Source of the DNA: Malacoraja senta
Lineage: Eukaryota
DNA: 64,000 bases
Assembly (NCBI GenBank): GCA_038087875.1
Contig: JAXLNO010000239.1
Location: 1-64,000, forward strand
Reading direction: 5' to 3'
Positions 25,200 through 36,559 of this stretch are shown here, one piece after another. The notes under the pieces were generated by a model. That model was not told where the DNA came from, made no database searches, and saw only the letters and a program-made list of their open reading frames with translations. Made by a program: the position numbers and the translations under genes. Positions within the stretch are counted from its first letter, which is position 1. Each line of letters starts with the position of its first letter.

Positions 25200-25930
25200 C
25201 ACAGGACAATACTTGGGAGTGCAGGTGCAGGATTCCCAAAAAGTTAATCTGCAAGTTGAATCGGTAGTAAAGAAAGCAAACACAATACCCGCATTTATTT
25301 CAAGAGCGCTAGAATACAAAAACAGGGATGTAATGCTGAGGCTCTAAGCCGCTTGTCAGGCCACATTTGGGGTATTGTGAGCAATTTTGGGCACCATATC
25401 TGAGGAAGGATGTGCTGACTCTGGAGAGGGCCAGAGGGTTTGCAAAAATAATCCCAGGAATGAGTGGGTTAACATATGATGAACGTTTGATGGCACTGGG
25501 CCTGTACTCGCTGGAGTTTAGAAAAATGAGGAGGGACGTCATTGAAACGTACAGCATAGTGAAAGGCTTGGATAGAGTGGATGTGGAGAGGATGTTTCCA
25601 CTGGTGGGAGAGACAAGGACTTGAGGTCATAGCCTCATAATTAAAGGATGTTCCTTTAGGAAGATGAGGAGGAATTTCTTTAGTCAGAGGGTGTTGAATC
25701 CGTGGATTTCTTTGCCACAGAAGGCTGTGGCGGCCAGGTCAGTGGATATTTTTAGGGCAGAGATAGATAAATTCTTGATTAGAATACGGGTGTCAGGGGT
25801 TATAGGGAGAAAGCAGGAGAATGGGGTTAGGAGGGAGAGATACTTCAGCCATGATTGAATGGCAGAGTAGACTTGATGGGCTGAATGGTCTAATTCTGCT
25901 CCTCTCACTTTTGACCATATGACCATAAGT
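25200..25930 (+). mobile_element. CR1 3' end
   Basis: YCEQFWAPYLRKD...GLYSLEFRKMR...FFSQRV. 3' UTR ends with a gaccatat repeat. Confidence 0.9.
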
Positions 25931-26071
25931 GAAAAGAAAAATCGATGACCATGATTTGAACTCAATCATGGTATGATATATGGAAATAATCCTTGATAAA
26001 AATTTCTCTCATTCTCAATTTATTCACAAAGTTTTTTAATTTTACGGGGCAGCTCTTGGTTTTTGGTGTTT

Positions 26072-26270
26072 AAGAAGGAACTGCAGATGCTGGAAAATCG
26101 AAGGTACACAAAAATGCTGGAGAAACTCAGCGGGTGTAGCAGCATCTATGGAGCGAAGGAGATAGGCAACGTTTCGGGCCGAAGAAGGGTTTTGGCCCGA
26201 AACGTTGCCTATCTCCTTCGCTCCATAGATGCGGCTGCACCTGCTGAGTTTCTCCAGCATTTTTGTGTAC
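26072..26270. repeat. Penelope-derived palindrome (two pLTR ends head-to-head)
   Basis: About 75-bp near-perfect inverted arms, 26104-26180 and 26194-26270. Confidence 0.8.
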
Positions 26271-26334
26271 TCTCGGTTTTTGGTATTGATGATGCTAAAA
26301 ATTGTGTACTGAGAAATCAGGACAGGACTCTGAC

Positions 26335-26416
26335 ATTGGGCATGTGAATGATGTGGCCTATACAAGGAGGTAGCTGTGTGCAATCTTGATGCTGAGGATG
26401 CAAAATTGCCATGGAT
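26335..26416 (-). CDS. Candidate coding exon C (RSMAILHPQHQDCTQLPPCIGHIIHMPN)
   Basis: Acceptor cttttactttaaaaaaacAG, donor GTcaga. Phase 2 to 0 fits the neighbours; a second frame is also open. Confidence 0.35.
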
Positions 26417-27794
26417 CTGTTTTTTTAAAGTAAAAGCATTCGACTGTATAACCTCAGTACAAATGAAATCAGCATAGTTTAGTATCAGTACATTTAAATG
26501 TTCTAACATGCACATAATTTACAATTATGTTTTCTTTGCTTGCATGTCCCAGTAGAGATTCAATTGCTCCAATCTTTAAATCTCTTTCCCACCTGCAAAT
26601 GTATCAGTATTTATGTTCTTCACCCTGGTATTTTTCTCTTCGCTCTACCTGTTATATATGGCTCGATTGTATTCATGTATAGTATTATATGATTTGACCA
26701 GTTAATCTGCAGACAAATGTATCTCAGTACACATGACAATAATAAATCAATACCAATATCAGTTCCTCACAGCAATGCTAATATTACAACAACTTTACTC
26801 TGCTGCAATTCAGTGCCTGTTCAATACGACAATGGTCTACATTATTAGAGACAAACTGAAAGTTAAGAGTAACTTGGAATTCTCTGGCTTCAAGTTATCA
26901 CTGACGTTATCACATAATAGTCTATACTCTGAGAAGGGTTACTGAACAACCCTGCACTCTGTATTCATCCTTATGACCTAATATATTTCTGAACAGACAT
27001 TTATCTGGATTGAGTTAATTATTGCAGCATGAGCAACTTTGTTTATGAAACTTTTCCATGATCGCATTTTTTGTGAGAGAAAAATTGCTCTCAGTTTCAA
27101 ATATCCCATGGGTCACATTAGTTTTCATCTTTAACACTGTTTTGTGGCACAAATAGAAAAATATGGGTAAAGATAGAATGAAAACAATTAATTTCTCCTA
27201 TTTGCAATGTATGAAATTATGTTTTTAACGTCCTGCTTTCTACCAGATAGTTGTTACATTTGTAGGAGGAATAGTAAGATTAAACGAGAACTTACCAGTT
27301 TGAAGTTTGATCTTTATTTTATGAGTTACGTTGGTGATTACGTGAAGACGACCCGTCAGGGCGCCTGCGCGTCAATCTTCAAAGCAGCGGTGTGAAATCA
27401 CAAACAACAAGAACAAAGTAATATAGTAGCATAATAAAATGAGTAAATCAAGAACTTCCATCTGACCTTTATGAAAGAGGGTTGGGCGTGGTGGGCACGG
27501 AATCACCAACGTAACTCCTCATAAAATAAAGATCAAACTTCGAACTGGTAAGTTCTCGTTTAATCTTACTATTTTACTTCGGAGTCACGTGAGTGACTAC
27601 GTGAAGGTTTTAAAGCTTTGTGATTTCATGCCCGTAGATACAAATCCCGGCTTCTCACTGCATTGATTGACTCGGAACTAGAAATAATCAATAATGCATT
27701 AATAATGACATTTGTACAACAAATGCAGTAATTCATTTAGTTTAATAATAGAATTAATAGGATCCCCTTTAAACCAGAGGAATTTATACAGAAC

Positions 27795-28700
27795 TTAAAA
27801 TAATTTCTGCAAACAGCCCCGTTTGCAGAAATTAGGCCGATGGTAAAACTGTTGAAACATCAACTCATTAGACCACCCGGCAGCTGCGAGAATATGGTCG
27901 ACGGGGACGTCCTTCACCCTGGCCGCCGACGTTGCTGCTGCCCTAGTCGAATGGGACGTAAAAACATCAGTATTAATACCTGCAGCAATCAAGACTTGTT
28001 TTAGCCATCTTGAAATAGTCTGTACTGAGACTCTCTTGTGTGTTTTTTTGTGTGTGATAAACAATCCAGTTTCTATATTTCGTAAGACCCTTGTAACCTC
28101 AATGTATTGTAACAAATATGTCTTAATACAGAGACATGGATCCGTTTAATATGCTGATAAAACAATTCTGAATCTTGTCACACCTGGCCTACTTTGTTTC
28201 AGTAGGTCATAAATGTAAAACATAACATTATCTTCAACCACTTCCATCCTGTCTATTTGCAATTTTTGCAATGTCTGCACTCGCTGTGCTGTTACTAATG
28301 CCATTAGCCTGACCACTTTCATACTGAGTTTGGCCAAAGTCAAAGACATACCAGGAGACCATTCACGAAGTAGCTTAAGAACCACACTTACGTCCCAGAT
28401 TACCATGTACCTAGGCTTAGGAGGTCTGGAATTAAAAATTCCTTTCATCAATCTGGAAACAAGTGGATGAGACCCAATAGGATTTCCTTCCGACTCCACA
28501 AATAAATATGAGGACAATGCACTCCTGGCTGAATTAATTGCACTATAACTCAACCCCTCATCATAATAAAGAGTTGACAAAAACTCTAAAACATTTGAGA
28601 TATCTGCCATTCAACATTCTTTTGTACACAGAACTTTTCCCATTTCTTAATATAAGAAAGGTACTGCTTTTGAGTGCTCTTCCTCCAGGCTGCCGTAAGC
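27795..28700 (-). pseudogene. DIRS tyrosine recombinase (disrupted)
   Basis: SYSAINSARSALS, HPLV.R..KG....RP, TAQRVQ, HSTRAAATS, AAGWS....FQQFY. Confidence 0.9.
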
Positions 28701-28873
28701 ATGTCCACAGTATGCCCAGACAGTCCTTGCTCGAAAAAAGGCCTTCTTAAAACCTGCAAATTTTACAAATCCAAACGATCATATAATGGATGTTGTTCTC
28801 CTGTTACCGGATGCAGTAGTAAATCCCTTCTTTTCGGGACTTTCATCAAAGGCTGTGGTCGTCAATTCTAATA

Positions 28874-30372
28874 TCAAAGGAAACCATGGCTGTGTAGCCA
28901 ATCCGGTACCACCAGTACCCCCGAAGCGGTATCTTGCCTGATTTTAAGCAAACACCGACTTATGAGGCAGAAAGGTGGAAATGCATACAAAAACATACCA
29001 CCCCAATGTAGCGAGAAAGCATCAATCGCTACTGCACCTGGATCTGGTTCCCATGACACATATCTCGATAGCTGATGATTTAATCTAAATGCGAACAAGT
29101 CGATATCTGGCATTCCAAATCTGATTACTATGTCATTGAATACCTCTCGATTCAACATCCATTCTTTGTTATCATGGAATTTCCTTGACCTGTTGTCTGC
29201 TATATTATTCAATCTACCTGGTAGATAAATAGCTGAAATCCAAATATTCCTGTCAATACACCAAGACCAGATTTGATTAGCCAACTTATCACATGACACC
29301 GACTTGATTCCACCCATGTGATATACGGAAGTGGCGGCGCTGTCGAACAGCAGCGGCTCGCCTGCAGTCCGTCTGTTTTTACTTTTTTTGTTGTTTTCTT
29401 TTGTCCTGTTTTAGTTAAATTTTAGTTTATTGGGTTGTGTATGTGTGGGGTGGGGGGGTGAAACATGATTTTTGTCTCTTCCTTCGGGGGAATGCGACTT
29501 TTTCTTGTCGTATCCCCCTTCTCTGCCTCCGTCTGCGCTGAGGCCAAAATGGCGGAGCTGCCGGCCTCCAACTCCAACTGCGACCGACCGACCTCGAGGC
29601 TCCGGAGGCAGAGCCAGGACTTACCAGCGCGGAGCTGGCCGGCTTCGGGCTGCGGTGGCATTCCGGCGGTGGTGACCGAGGACACTGGTGGCGACCTGAA
29701 TCCGGAGGCTCGGCCGCGGGCCCGGTGGACGACATCGTCGGGAGCTTGCAGGTCACAGGTTGGTGACCTGTTTTTCTGGAGCTCCCGCAACTACAGCTGC
29801 GTCCGCCGGACTGGAGGGCGGCAGCTTCGGCAGCTTCGGCCACCCCGGGCCGCGGAGTTTGAACCGGCCCGTCGCGGAGCACGGATTCAGCCGCGGGATT
29901 GACTTACCATCACCCGGCGGGGTCACAACATCAGAAGCTTGGATCGCCTCAGCGCAGAGGAAGAACAAAGCGGGAAGAGACAGAGACTTTAAGACTTTTG
30001 CCTCCATCACAGCGAGGAGGTGCCCAGTGAAATCACTGTGGTGGATGTTAATTTGTGTTTATTGTGTGTTTTGTTATTTATTATTATATGTATGACTGCA
30101 GGCAACGAAATTTCGTTCAGACCGAAAGGTCTGAATGACATATAAAGGAATCTCTAATCTCTAATCTCTCTATATGCCACTGCTGTTGTTTTATCAATTT
30201 GAAACTGAACATGCAGGTTAGTCGTGTTAGAGCAATAAGCTTGGAGTCCATAGAAACCCCTAAAAGCTCCAAATAGTTGATTCCCCATGTCTGCAGAAAC
30301 AATGCCTCTTCTGCATTCCATCTGCCTCCGAATTCCATCTGCCTCCGCAGCTGGATACCAAATCAGTTGCAC
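28874..30372 (-). pseudogene. DIRS RNase H and adenine-methyltransferase-like domain (split by an insertion)
   Basis: INYLELL, D.TTAVAY|..MGG, LPG.LN.IAD..SR, IDLFA, DAF...W, YAFPPF. Confidence 0.85.
29327..30168 (+). mobile_element. GC-rich non-autonomous retroelement inserted into DIRS RNase H
   Basis: Interrupts AVAY|INHMGG. Starts CGGAAGTGGCGG. Ends with stem-loop ttcagacc-gaaa-ggtctgaa and (tctaatc)n. Short TATA-like duplication at the flanks. Confidence 0.75.
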
Positions 30373-31369
30373 CCCATCCTAGTGCACTGACATCAGTTTG
30401 TAATACCATGGAAGGCTGTTCAGTCAGTATTTTACTGAAACTGCTTGAGACATGTAGAATCCACCACTGCAAATCAGAAACAGCATTTGTTGTTAATTGC
30501 ATGGCCCTATCAAAATGGCCACCACTCAGTGCCTGTTCTTTAGCTCTCTGTAGCTGTTGGTAATGTAATGGCCCATATTGTACTGCTGGAAAAGCTGCTA
30601 CTAATTTCCCCAGCACTCTAGCCACATGTCTAATTGAAGGTTTTTGCTCATTTAACAGCTTAATGCAATCATCAATCAACTCCACCCTTTTTTCACTGGG
30701 CAAAGTAATTTCCATGTGAACTGAATCAATTGTGAAACCCAAATAATCAATTGATGTACGTGGTGTTAACCTTGATTTCTTTGGATGAATTAGAAAACCC
30801 AAACTTTCAAAAGTGGATTTAACAACTGAGACAGATAACTCAGCTAACTCTTTTGTTCGTCCTATAATCAGGACATCATCCAGGTACGCCATTACCACAT
30901 GCCCCTGGCCTCTCAGCAGCCCCAGAATTGGTTTTAATAATTTAGTGAATATTCTGGGAGCTGAAGTTAACCCATTAGGCAGAGCTTTAAACTGCCATAA
31001 CTGATTCATCCAGGTAAATTTTAGATATTTACTATCTTCCAAATGAACAGACACTGAATAATATGCATCTTTTAGATCTATAGTTGCCATATAACATGCT
31101 TTTGTAATAAGTTGTTTGGCAGTCACAAAAGTCTCCATTTTAAAGTGTCTAAATTGAACAAAAGGATTAAGACTTGTCAAGTCCAAAATAATCCTACATC
31201 CTCCATCCCTTTTAGGTCGGGGAAATATATTAGACACAAATTGGTGGGTTTGATAAACCGACTTATCAATAACACCTTTATTACATAGGTTTTCAAGTTC
31301 AGCCTGAACCTCCATTACTTCTTTTTGTGAAAACTGGAGTATTCTGCTAGGAACATGCTGGATGGGCAA
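30260..31369 (-). CDS. DIRS reverse transcriptase (copy 1)
   Basis: R.ILDL..LN, HFKMET, DLKDAYY, LP.GL.SAPRIFTK, YLDD, YLG. Confidence 0.9.
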   Translation of the reverse strand: MPIQHVPSRILQFSQKEVMEVQAELENLCNKGVIDKSVYQTHQFVSNIFPRPKRDGGCRIILDLTSLNPFVQFRHFKMETFVTAKQLITKACYMATIDLKDAYYSVSVHLEDSKYLKFTWMNQLWQFKALPNGLTSAPRIFTKLLKPILGLLRGQGHVVMAYLDDVLIIGRTKELAELSVSVVKSTFESLGFLIHPKKSRLTPRTSIDYLGFTIDSVHMEITLPSEKRVELIDDCIKLLNEQKPSIRHVARVLGKLVAAFPAVQYGPLHYQQLQRAKEQALSGGHFDRAMQLTTNAVSDLQWWILHVSSSFSKILTEQPSMVLQTDVSALGWGATDLVSSCGGRWNSEADGMQKRHCFCRHGESTIWSF

Positions 31370-31393
31370 CTCATAATTTGGATCGAACTCAAT

Positions 31394-32716
31394 TCAAAAC
31401 CCTTGTATAATACTCAGAATAACAAAGTCTGAAGTAATCTGCTTCCAGCTTTTATAGAAGAGATGTAATCTGCCACCAACTTTTGGCTGTACTGCCTTTA
31501 ATATGTTCCCATGAGAACCAGGTCCACCTACCTCCTTAGTCACTTGAGTGACCTGTGGTCCCTGGCTTCTGGTGGGAAGACCCACGCTTGTTGGTGTTCC
31601 CGCTGCAGGCCGCCAAGTACACCCCTGCGACGATGTTCGACTTGTTCCTGGTGTAGGCCCAGGATCAGTATGACGTCTGAAAGGATACCTCCTCTTCACA
31701 GACTTGCCAACCATCGATGTTTTGATCAACCTGGCTGTTTTTGCCTCATCATCCAACTCCTTCACGCGTCTCGCGAGATCTTCTCCAAAGAGTAAGTTGG
31801 GTAGCTGCACATTACTGGGCTTGCAGAGTGCTGCGAATTTGGGATTGATGGTGGGCCGAATAGCACACTTCCTCAAACAATTGATCTCGAAGTGGGCGCT
31901 ACATAGCAACCCCAGTGCCTCCTGATGCAAATCCGTCATCTGTTGGCCTCTATCCATTGTTCTGGCAAATGCAGTTATTCCAGAACCCAGCAGCTTCAAT
32001 ATTCTCTGCAGCTTTATTTCTTGAGCTCTCATGCTCATGCCCATCTGACCCCATATCACTTGGTTTACTGCTGGTGCTTTCAATAATACGCAGTTCCTCG
32101 GGGTCTCGTGCTTTTTGGCAGTTTCATCCATCGTAAGCTGCTCCAGCTGATGGGATACCAAATAGTTGATCATGGAGGCCAATTCCTCTCCCAGCAGCTC
32201 TCCTGACCCTGACGGGGCAGCGAATCGTACTGCCAGAGGTGGAATATCTGGCAGCTGCCGTTCTTTGCTTGAATCGGCCTCACCGTCAGAGTCGGGGTCA
32301 GAACTCTGCTGACCCTGTGCACGCGCCTCATCAATGAGGGTGCTCTCAAACAGCCCTTTGCTAGGTGCTGCTCACCTGGCTTCTGGAGCCTGGCTTTTGC
32401 TACATTCTTCACTGAGTGTGCTTTTCTCCAGTAACCTGTGTATCAGGCTTTCCATCTGAGAGATCTGCTCAAACGCGGTATCCAGCCCTGGAATTGCATC
32501 CTCCTAATCGGACTCCTCCTCCGTGGGCCGCATGGACTTGAATTTAGCCTTGCGCCCCACTGGCGCTGACTGAGTTCTTTTCAACCCCAAGTCCACAGTC
32601 GCTACGCTCCCAGCCGGCGACTGTACAGGGGTCTGAGGCAGCTGTTCGCCGACCACAATCTCGTGACTTTCCACCGGCTTTGCCGCTCGCCTCTTCCCCT
32701 TGCCCGTTTTTTCCAT
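31394..32716 (-). pseudogene. DIRS gag-like ORF1 (frameshifted)
   Basis: ORF 31394-32182 (P.VN..IW, LFGEDL), homologous to 35090-35827. ATG at 32716. Confidence 0.75.
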
Positions 32717-33063
32717 GGCGCCTGTGGAAAAAATCCCCACAGACCCACAGCAAACGGACCCGTAAATTATCGATAAAAGTTTTTTACTTACCTTGTAGTT
32801 CACAACTACATTTCCACTAGAGGAGCGCTGCTACTCACGTCCGTTCGCGCCAATGCGTCTGACATAATGACGCGCAGGCGCCCTGACGGGTCTTCTTCAC
32901 ATAGTCACTCATGTAACTCCGAAGTAAAATAGATTGTATAGCTATGGCCAAAGGTTAAACAAATCCAGGAATGAATGGCTGAAAGAGAAATTAATTTGAA
33001 AGGCAAAATAGAATCGCATTTGAATACTGGCTTGTTAACACCTAACTGACATTGAAACAGGAG

Positions 33064-33446
33064 ATGTGGAGTCAGTATGGATAGAACTAAAGAATTGTAA
33101 GGGTAAAAAGACCCTAATGGAACTAATCTACAGGCCCCCAAACAATAGCCTGGACATAGGGCGCAAGTTGAATCAGGAGTTAAAGTTGGCATGTAGCAAA
33201 AGTAATGCTGTGGTTGTTATGGGAGATTTCAACATGCAGATAGACTGGGAAAATCAGGTTAGTACTGGACCCCAAGAAAGGGACTTTGTAGAGTGCCTTC
33301 GTGATGGATTCTTAGAACAGCTTGTATTGGAGCCTACCAGGGAGAAGGCAATTCTGGATTTAGTGTTATGTAATGAACCAGATTTGATAAAGGACCTCGA
33401 GGTTAATGAGCCATTAGGAGGTAGTGACCATAACATGGTCAGGTTT
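33064..33446 (+). mobile_element. CR1 APE endonuclease fragment
   Basis: ESVWIEL...YRPPN...MGDFN...PTR..AILDLVL...LGGSDHN. Confidence 0.9.
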
Positions 33447-36400
33447 AATAGTAAGATTAAATGAGAACTTACCAGTTCGAAGTTTGATCTTTATTTTATG
33501 AGGAGTTACGTTGAGGGACTACGTGCAGAAGAGCCCGTCCAGCCGTACATGCGTCAATCTTCAAAGCAGCGGAGTGAAATCACAGACAACAATTACTGAA
33601 GTATGATAGTAAGATACGTAAAGACTAGAACTACCAGCTCGATCTTTATGAGGGTGGGAGCAGAGGGCACGTAGTCCCTCAACGTAACTCCTCATAAAAT
33701 AAAGATCAAACTTCAAACTGGTAAGTTCTCGTTTAATCTTACTATTTTACTTCGGAGTCACGTGAGTGACTACGTGAAGATTTCAAAGCTCTGTGATTTC
33801 ACGCCGTAGATACAAATCCAGGCGTCTCACTGCATTGATTGACTCTAAATGAGTAAAGCAATCAACAATGCATAACCACAACATAGATGTAATCAGTTAA
33901 TGGTTTTATTTATCACAACAATAGTAACCCCTTTATCATAATGGGGGACTTAATACTGAATCCAAAACAGCACCGCCAAATAACCCAGGATCTTTAATCT
34001 CCTTATGGTAATACTTGTGAAACATCCGTTCACTTGGTTCGGTCAAAGTGACCTGCATGTCGTTTCAACGCCTGTACTTTTGCCCTTTGTAGGTTCTGAT
34101 AGTGCAGGGGTCCAAATTGTGTAGCTGGAAATGCTGCTACCATTTTGCCAATTACTCTTGCCACTTGTCGGATGGTTGGTCGATTGCTAACCATTAATTG
34201 TTGCACGTCTGTGCCAATTCTGCTGCTTTACCTTTTGGCAACGTTACAGACATGCGGACTGAGTTAATTGTGAATCCCAGATAGTCCATAGTTGTGGATG
34301 GCGTCAACTTAGATTTATCTGGATGTATGACAAATCCCAGGGTTTCAAACAATTGTTTGGTAGCACATACAGCTGATTTAGCCAACTCCATGGTTTTGCC
34401 TACTATTAGGATATCATCAAGATATGCCATGACAATATGGCTTTGTTTTCTTAATGTTGCCAAGGCTGGTTTTAATATCTTGGTAAATAGTCTAGGGGCT
34501 GATGTTAACCCATTAGGCAACGCTTTATACTGCCATAGTTGCCCCATCCAGGTAAATTTCAGGTATCTGCGATGACCCTTAGGAATGGGTACTGAATAGT
34601 AGGCATCTTTTAAATCAATGCTTGCCATAAAGTATCCTTTGGAAATCAGTTGTTTGGCAGTTACAAATGTTTCCATTTTGAAATGTACATACTTAACAAA
34701 GGTATTTAGCGAGGTTAAGTCAATGATGATGCGACATCCACCATCTTTTTTGCTTTTGGTAAATATATTTGAGACAAATTCCAAAGGTTCATGTTTGGAT
34801 TTCTCAATGACACCCTTTGTAAGTAACCTCACCAGTTCTACTTGAGCCTCTAGTTTCTCTTTGACTGAGAGGGTAAAGACCCTTTGGGGTACGTGCTGAA
34901 CTGGTGGCATGTTTTCTTGAATGAACTCTATTTTGTATCCCCGAATACTGTTAAGTATATAACTATCATTCGTGAGAGACCTCCATGCTTCAATGAACAG
35001 GTGTAATCTCCCCCCTGTTAGTACAGTCCCCCCACTTTTTATATGCTGGTAGGAACCAGACCCCCCTACCTCCATAGTTATGGGAGTGTTCATTGCTTCT
35101 GTTTCTTCATCCGCCGTTGTACTGCTGGATGTCCTGTTGGTAGGGGGTGGCGCATTTTCCATGGGGTCCGCTCTGGGCCCTGGCCTAAAAAAGGCTTTCG
35201 GGGATGGAATGCGGACCCCGAGCTTTCACCAGTCCTGAATGTTTGTCGTCGACTGGTGGACGCGGTGAGGTACTGCCGTCTGGGTTGTGTGGGTCTGCTC
35301 GTTCCGGGGCCTGCCCTCATGAGGCCAAATGCTTTGGCCTCTTCCTCCAGGTCTTTTACTTGTTTTGTTAAGTCCTTCCCGAATAACAGGATCTGTGGCT
35401 CTGAGGCCGGTGTTTTACACAGTCCTGCATACCTGGGATTGAGGGCAGGTCTTATTATCTCCTTGCGGAGGTTGTTGATCTCGTATTGGGTGTTGCACAG
35501 CAGAGCCAGAGTGTCTTGCTGGTTTGTGGTCATATCCACCCCATCCACGGAACGAGCACAGGATGTTATCCCTGTTGTCAGGAGCTTGAGGATGCGTTGT
35601 AATTTTAGCTCCTGGCTCCGGATACTCTGTCCAACATACCCCCAGATTTGGCTGTTAACGGCCGGTACATTAAGCAAACTGCAGTTCTCCGGAGGCGAGT
35701 AGATTTCTAGTGCCTCATTAAGTACCTGATCTTGTAGGGGTTTGAGGGACAGGTGGTTAATGCTGGCCGCCAGTTTCGGCTCCAATGGCCGCCCTGCTCG
35801 TGGTGTAGCCACATAGCGATTCACCACACCCAGCAGCTCTTACTGGTCCTGTATCCCAAGCATACTCCCTATATCTTCAGCCAATGACCCCCTGTTCATG
35901 ACCAGCCCAGTCCTGGTCGCCAATGCTGCCCTCGGCTGAGGGGGAAGCAATGACCAGTGCATTGTAAGGCACTGCTGTGGGAGTGCCTGAACCCCCTTTG
36001 CGAGACTGCTCCAGCTCCCGAAGCAAGTCTCGCTGGAGCAGTTGCTCCATGAGCCTTTCCATTCGGCTCAGGCGGCTACCCCTTCCGCTCTCAGGCGGAG
36101 CCTCCTCATCGGAGTCAGACATAACCGGCCGGTCTGTTTTTTGTCTTGATTTGCCTCCAGCCCGCTGCTGCTCCTCAGGCTGCGCTAGCAGTATTGGGCT
36201 CGGCTCGGTCTCGATGAGGGTGGACCGCAGCATGTGCGGTCCAGGTGCCGCCTCTCGCCCCCCACTGATGGGACCTTCCAGTTCTGTTGGAGTCGAACGG
36301 GGGCCGGTTTTCTTTGCTTGCCGTGCTTTACTCATTTTCCCAGTTTTACCTGGAATTACAGAGCAGAGCAAGCTTGCTATTACGACCTCAGAGTATGTAC

Positions 36401-36544
36401 TTACCTGATGGGCCGCTTTTTAAACTTGTAGCGGGAGCGCCTTGTACTCCCGTTCGTCGCTGTTGCACTGCGTGAACGCTAATGTCGCGCATGCGTGCTG
36501 GACGGGCTCTTCACGTAGTCACTCACGTGACTCCGAAGTAAAAT
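33447..36544 (-). mobile_element. DIRS1-like retrotransposon, copy 2 (different subfamily, internally deleted)
   Basis: Same terminal/ICR architecture (ICR 33667-33780). gag 35090-36335, RT 34194-35162. RT connection fused to the YR C-terminus near 34035. Confidence 0.93.
34194..35162 (-). CDS. DIRS reverse transcriptase (copy 2)
   Basis: GGRLHLF..AW, HFKMET, DLKDAYY, YLDD. Confidence 0.9.
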   Translation of the reverse strand: MENAPPPTNRTSSSTTADEETEAMNTPITMEVGGSGSYQHIKSGGTVLTGGRLHLFIEAWRSLTNDSYILNSIRGYKIEFIQENMPPVQHVPQRVFTLSVKEKLEAQVELVRLLTKGVIEKSKHEPLEFVSNIFTKSKKDGGCRIIIDLTSLNTFVKYVHFKMETFVTAKQLISKGYFMASIDLKDAYYSVPIPKGHRRYLKFTWMGQLWQYKALPNGLTSAPRLFTKILKPALATLRKQSHIVMAYLDDILIVGKTMELAKSAVCATKQLFETLGFVIHPDKSKLTPSTTMDYLGFTINSVRMSVTLPKGKAAELAQTCNN

Positions 36545-36559
36545 TTGTACTCGATCTAG

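Larger units (their letters stand above)
27270..32932 (-). mobile_element. DIRS1-like tyrosine-recombinase retrotransposon, copy 1 (full length, degenerate)
   Basis: gag-like, RT, RNase H, methyltransferase-like and YR regions. Inverted repeats ~27341-27375 and ~32867-32900. ICR 27496-27606 complementary to both termini. Confidence 0.95.

Noticed and set aside
28874..29317. Stand-alone DNA methyltransferase or restriction-modification gene
   Set aside because: The DLFA/FPPF region is the known methyltransferase-like domain of DIRS pol.
32933..32990. Minus-strand acceptor suggesting an exon interrupted by DIRS copy 1
   Set aside because: The reconstructed segment has no convincing donor and its open frame does not fit the neighbouring phases.
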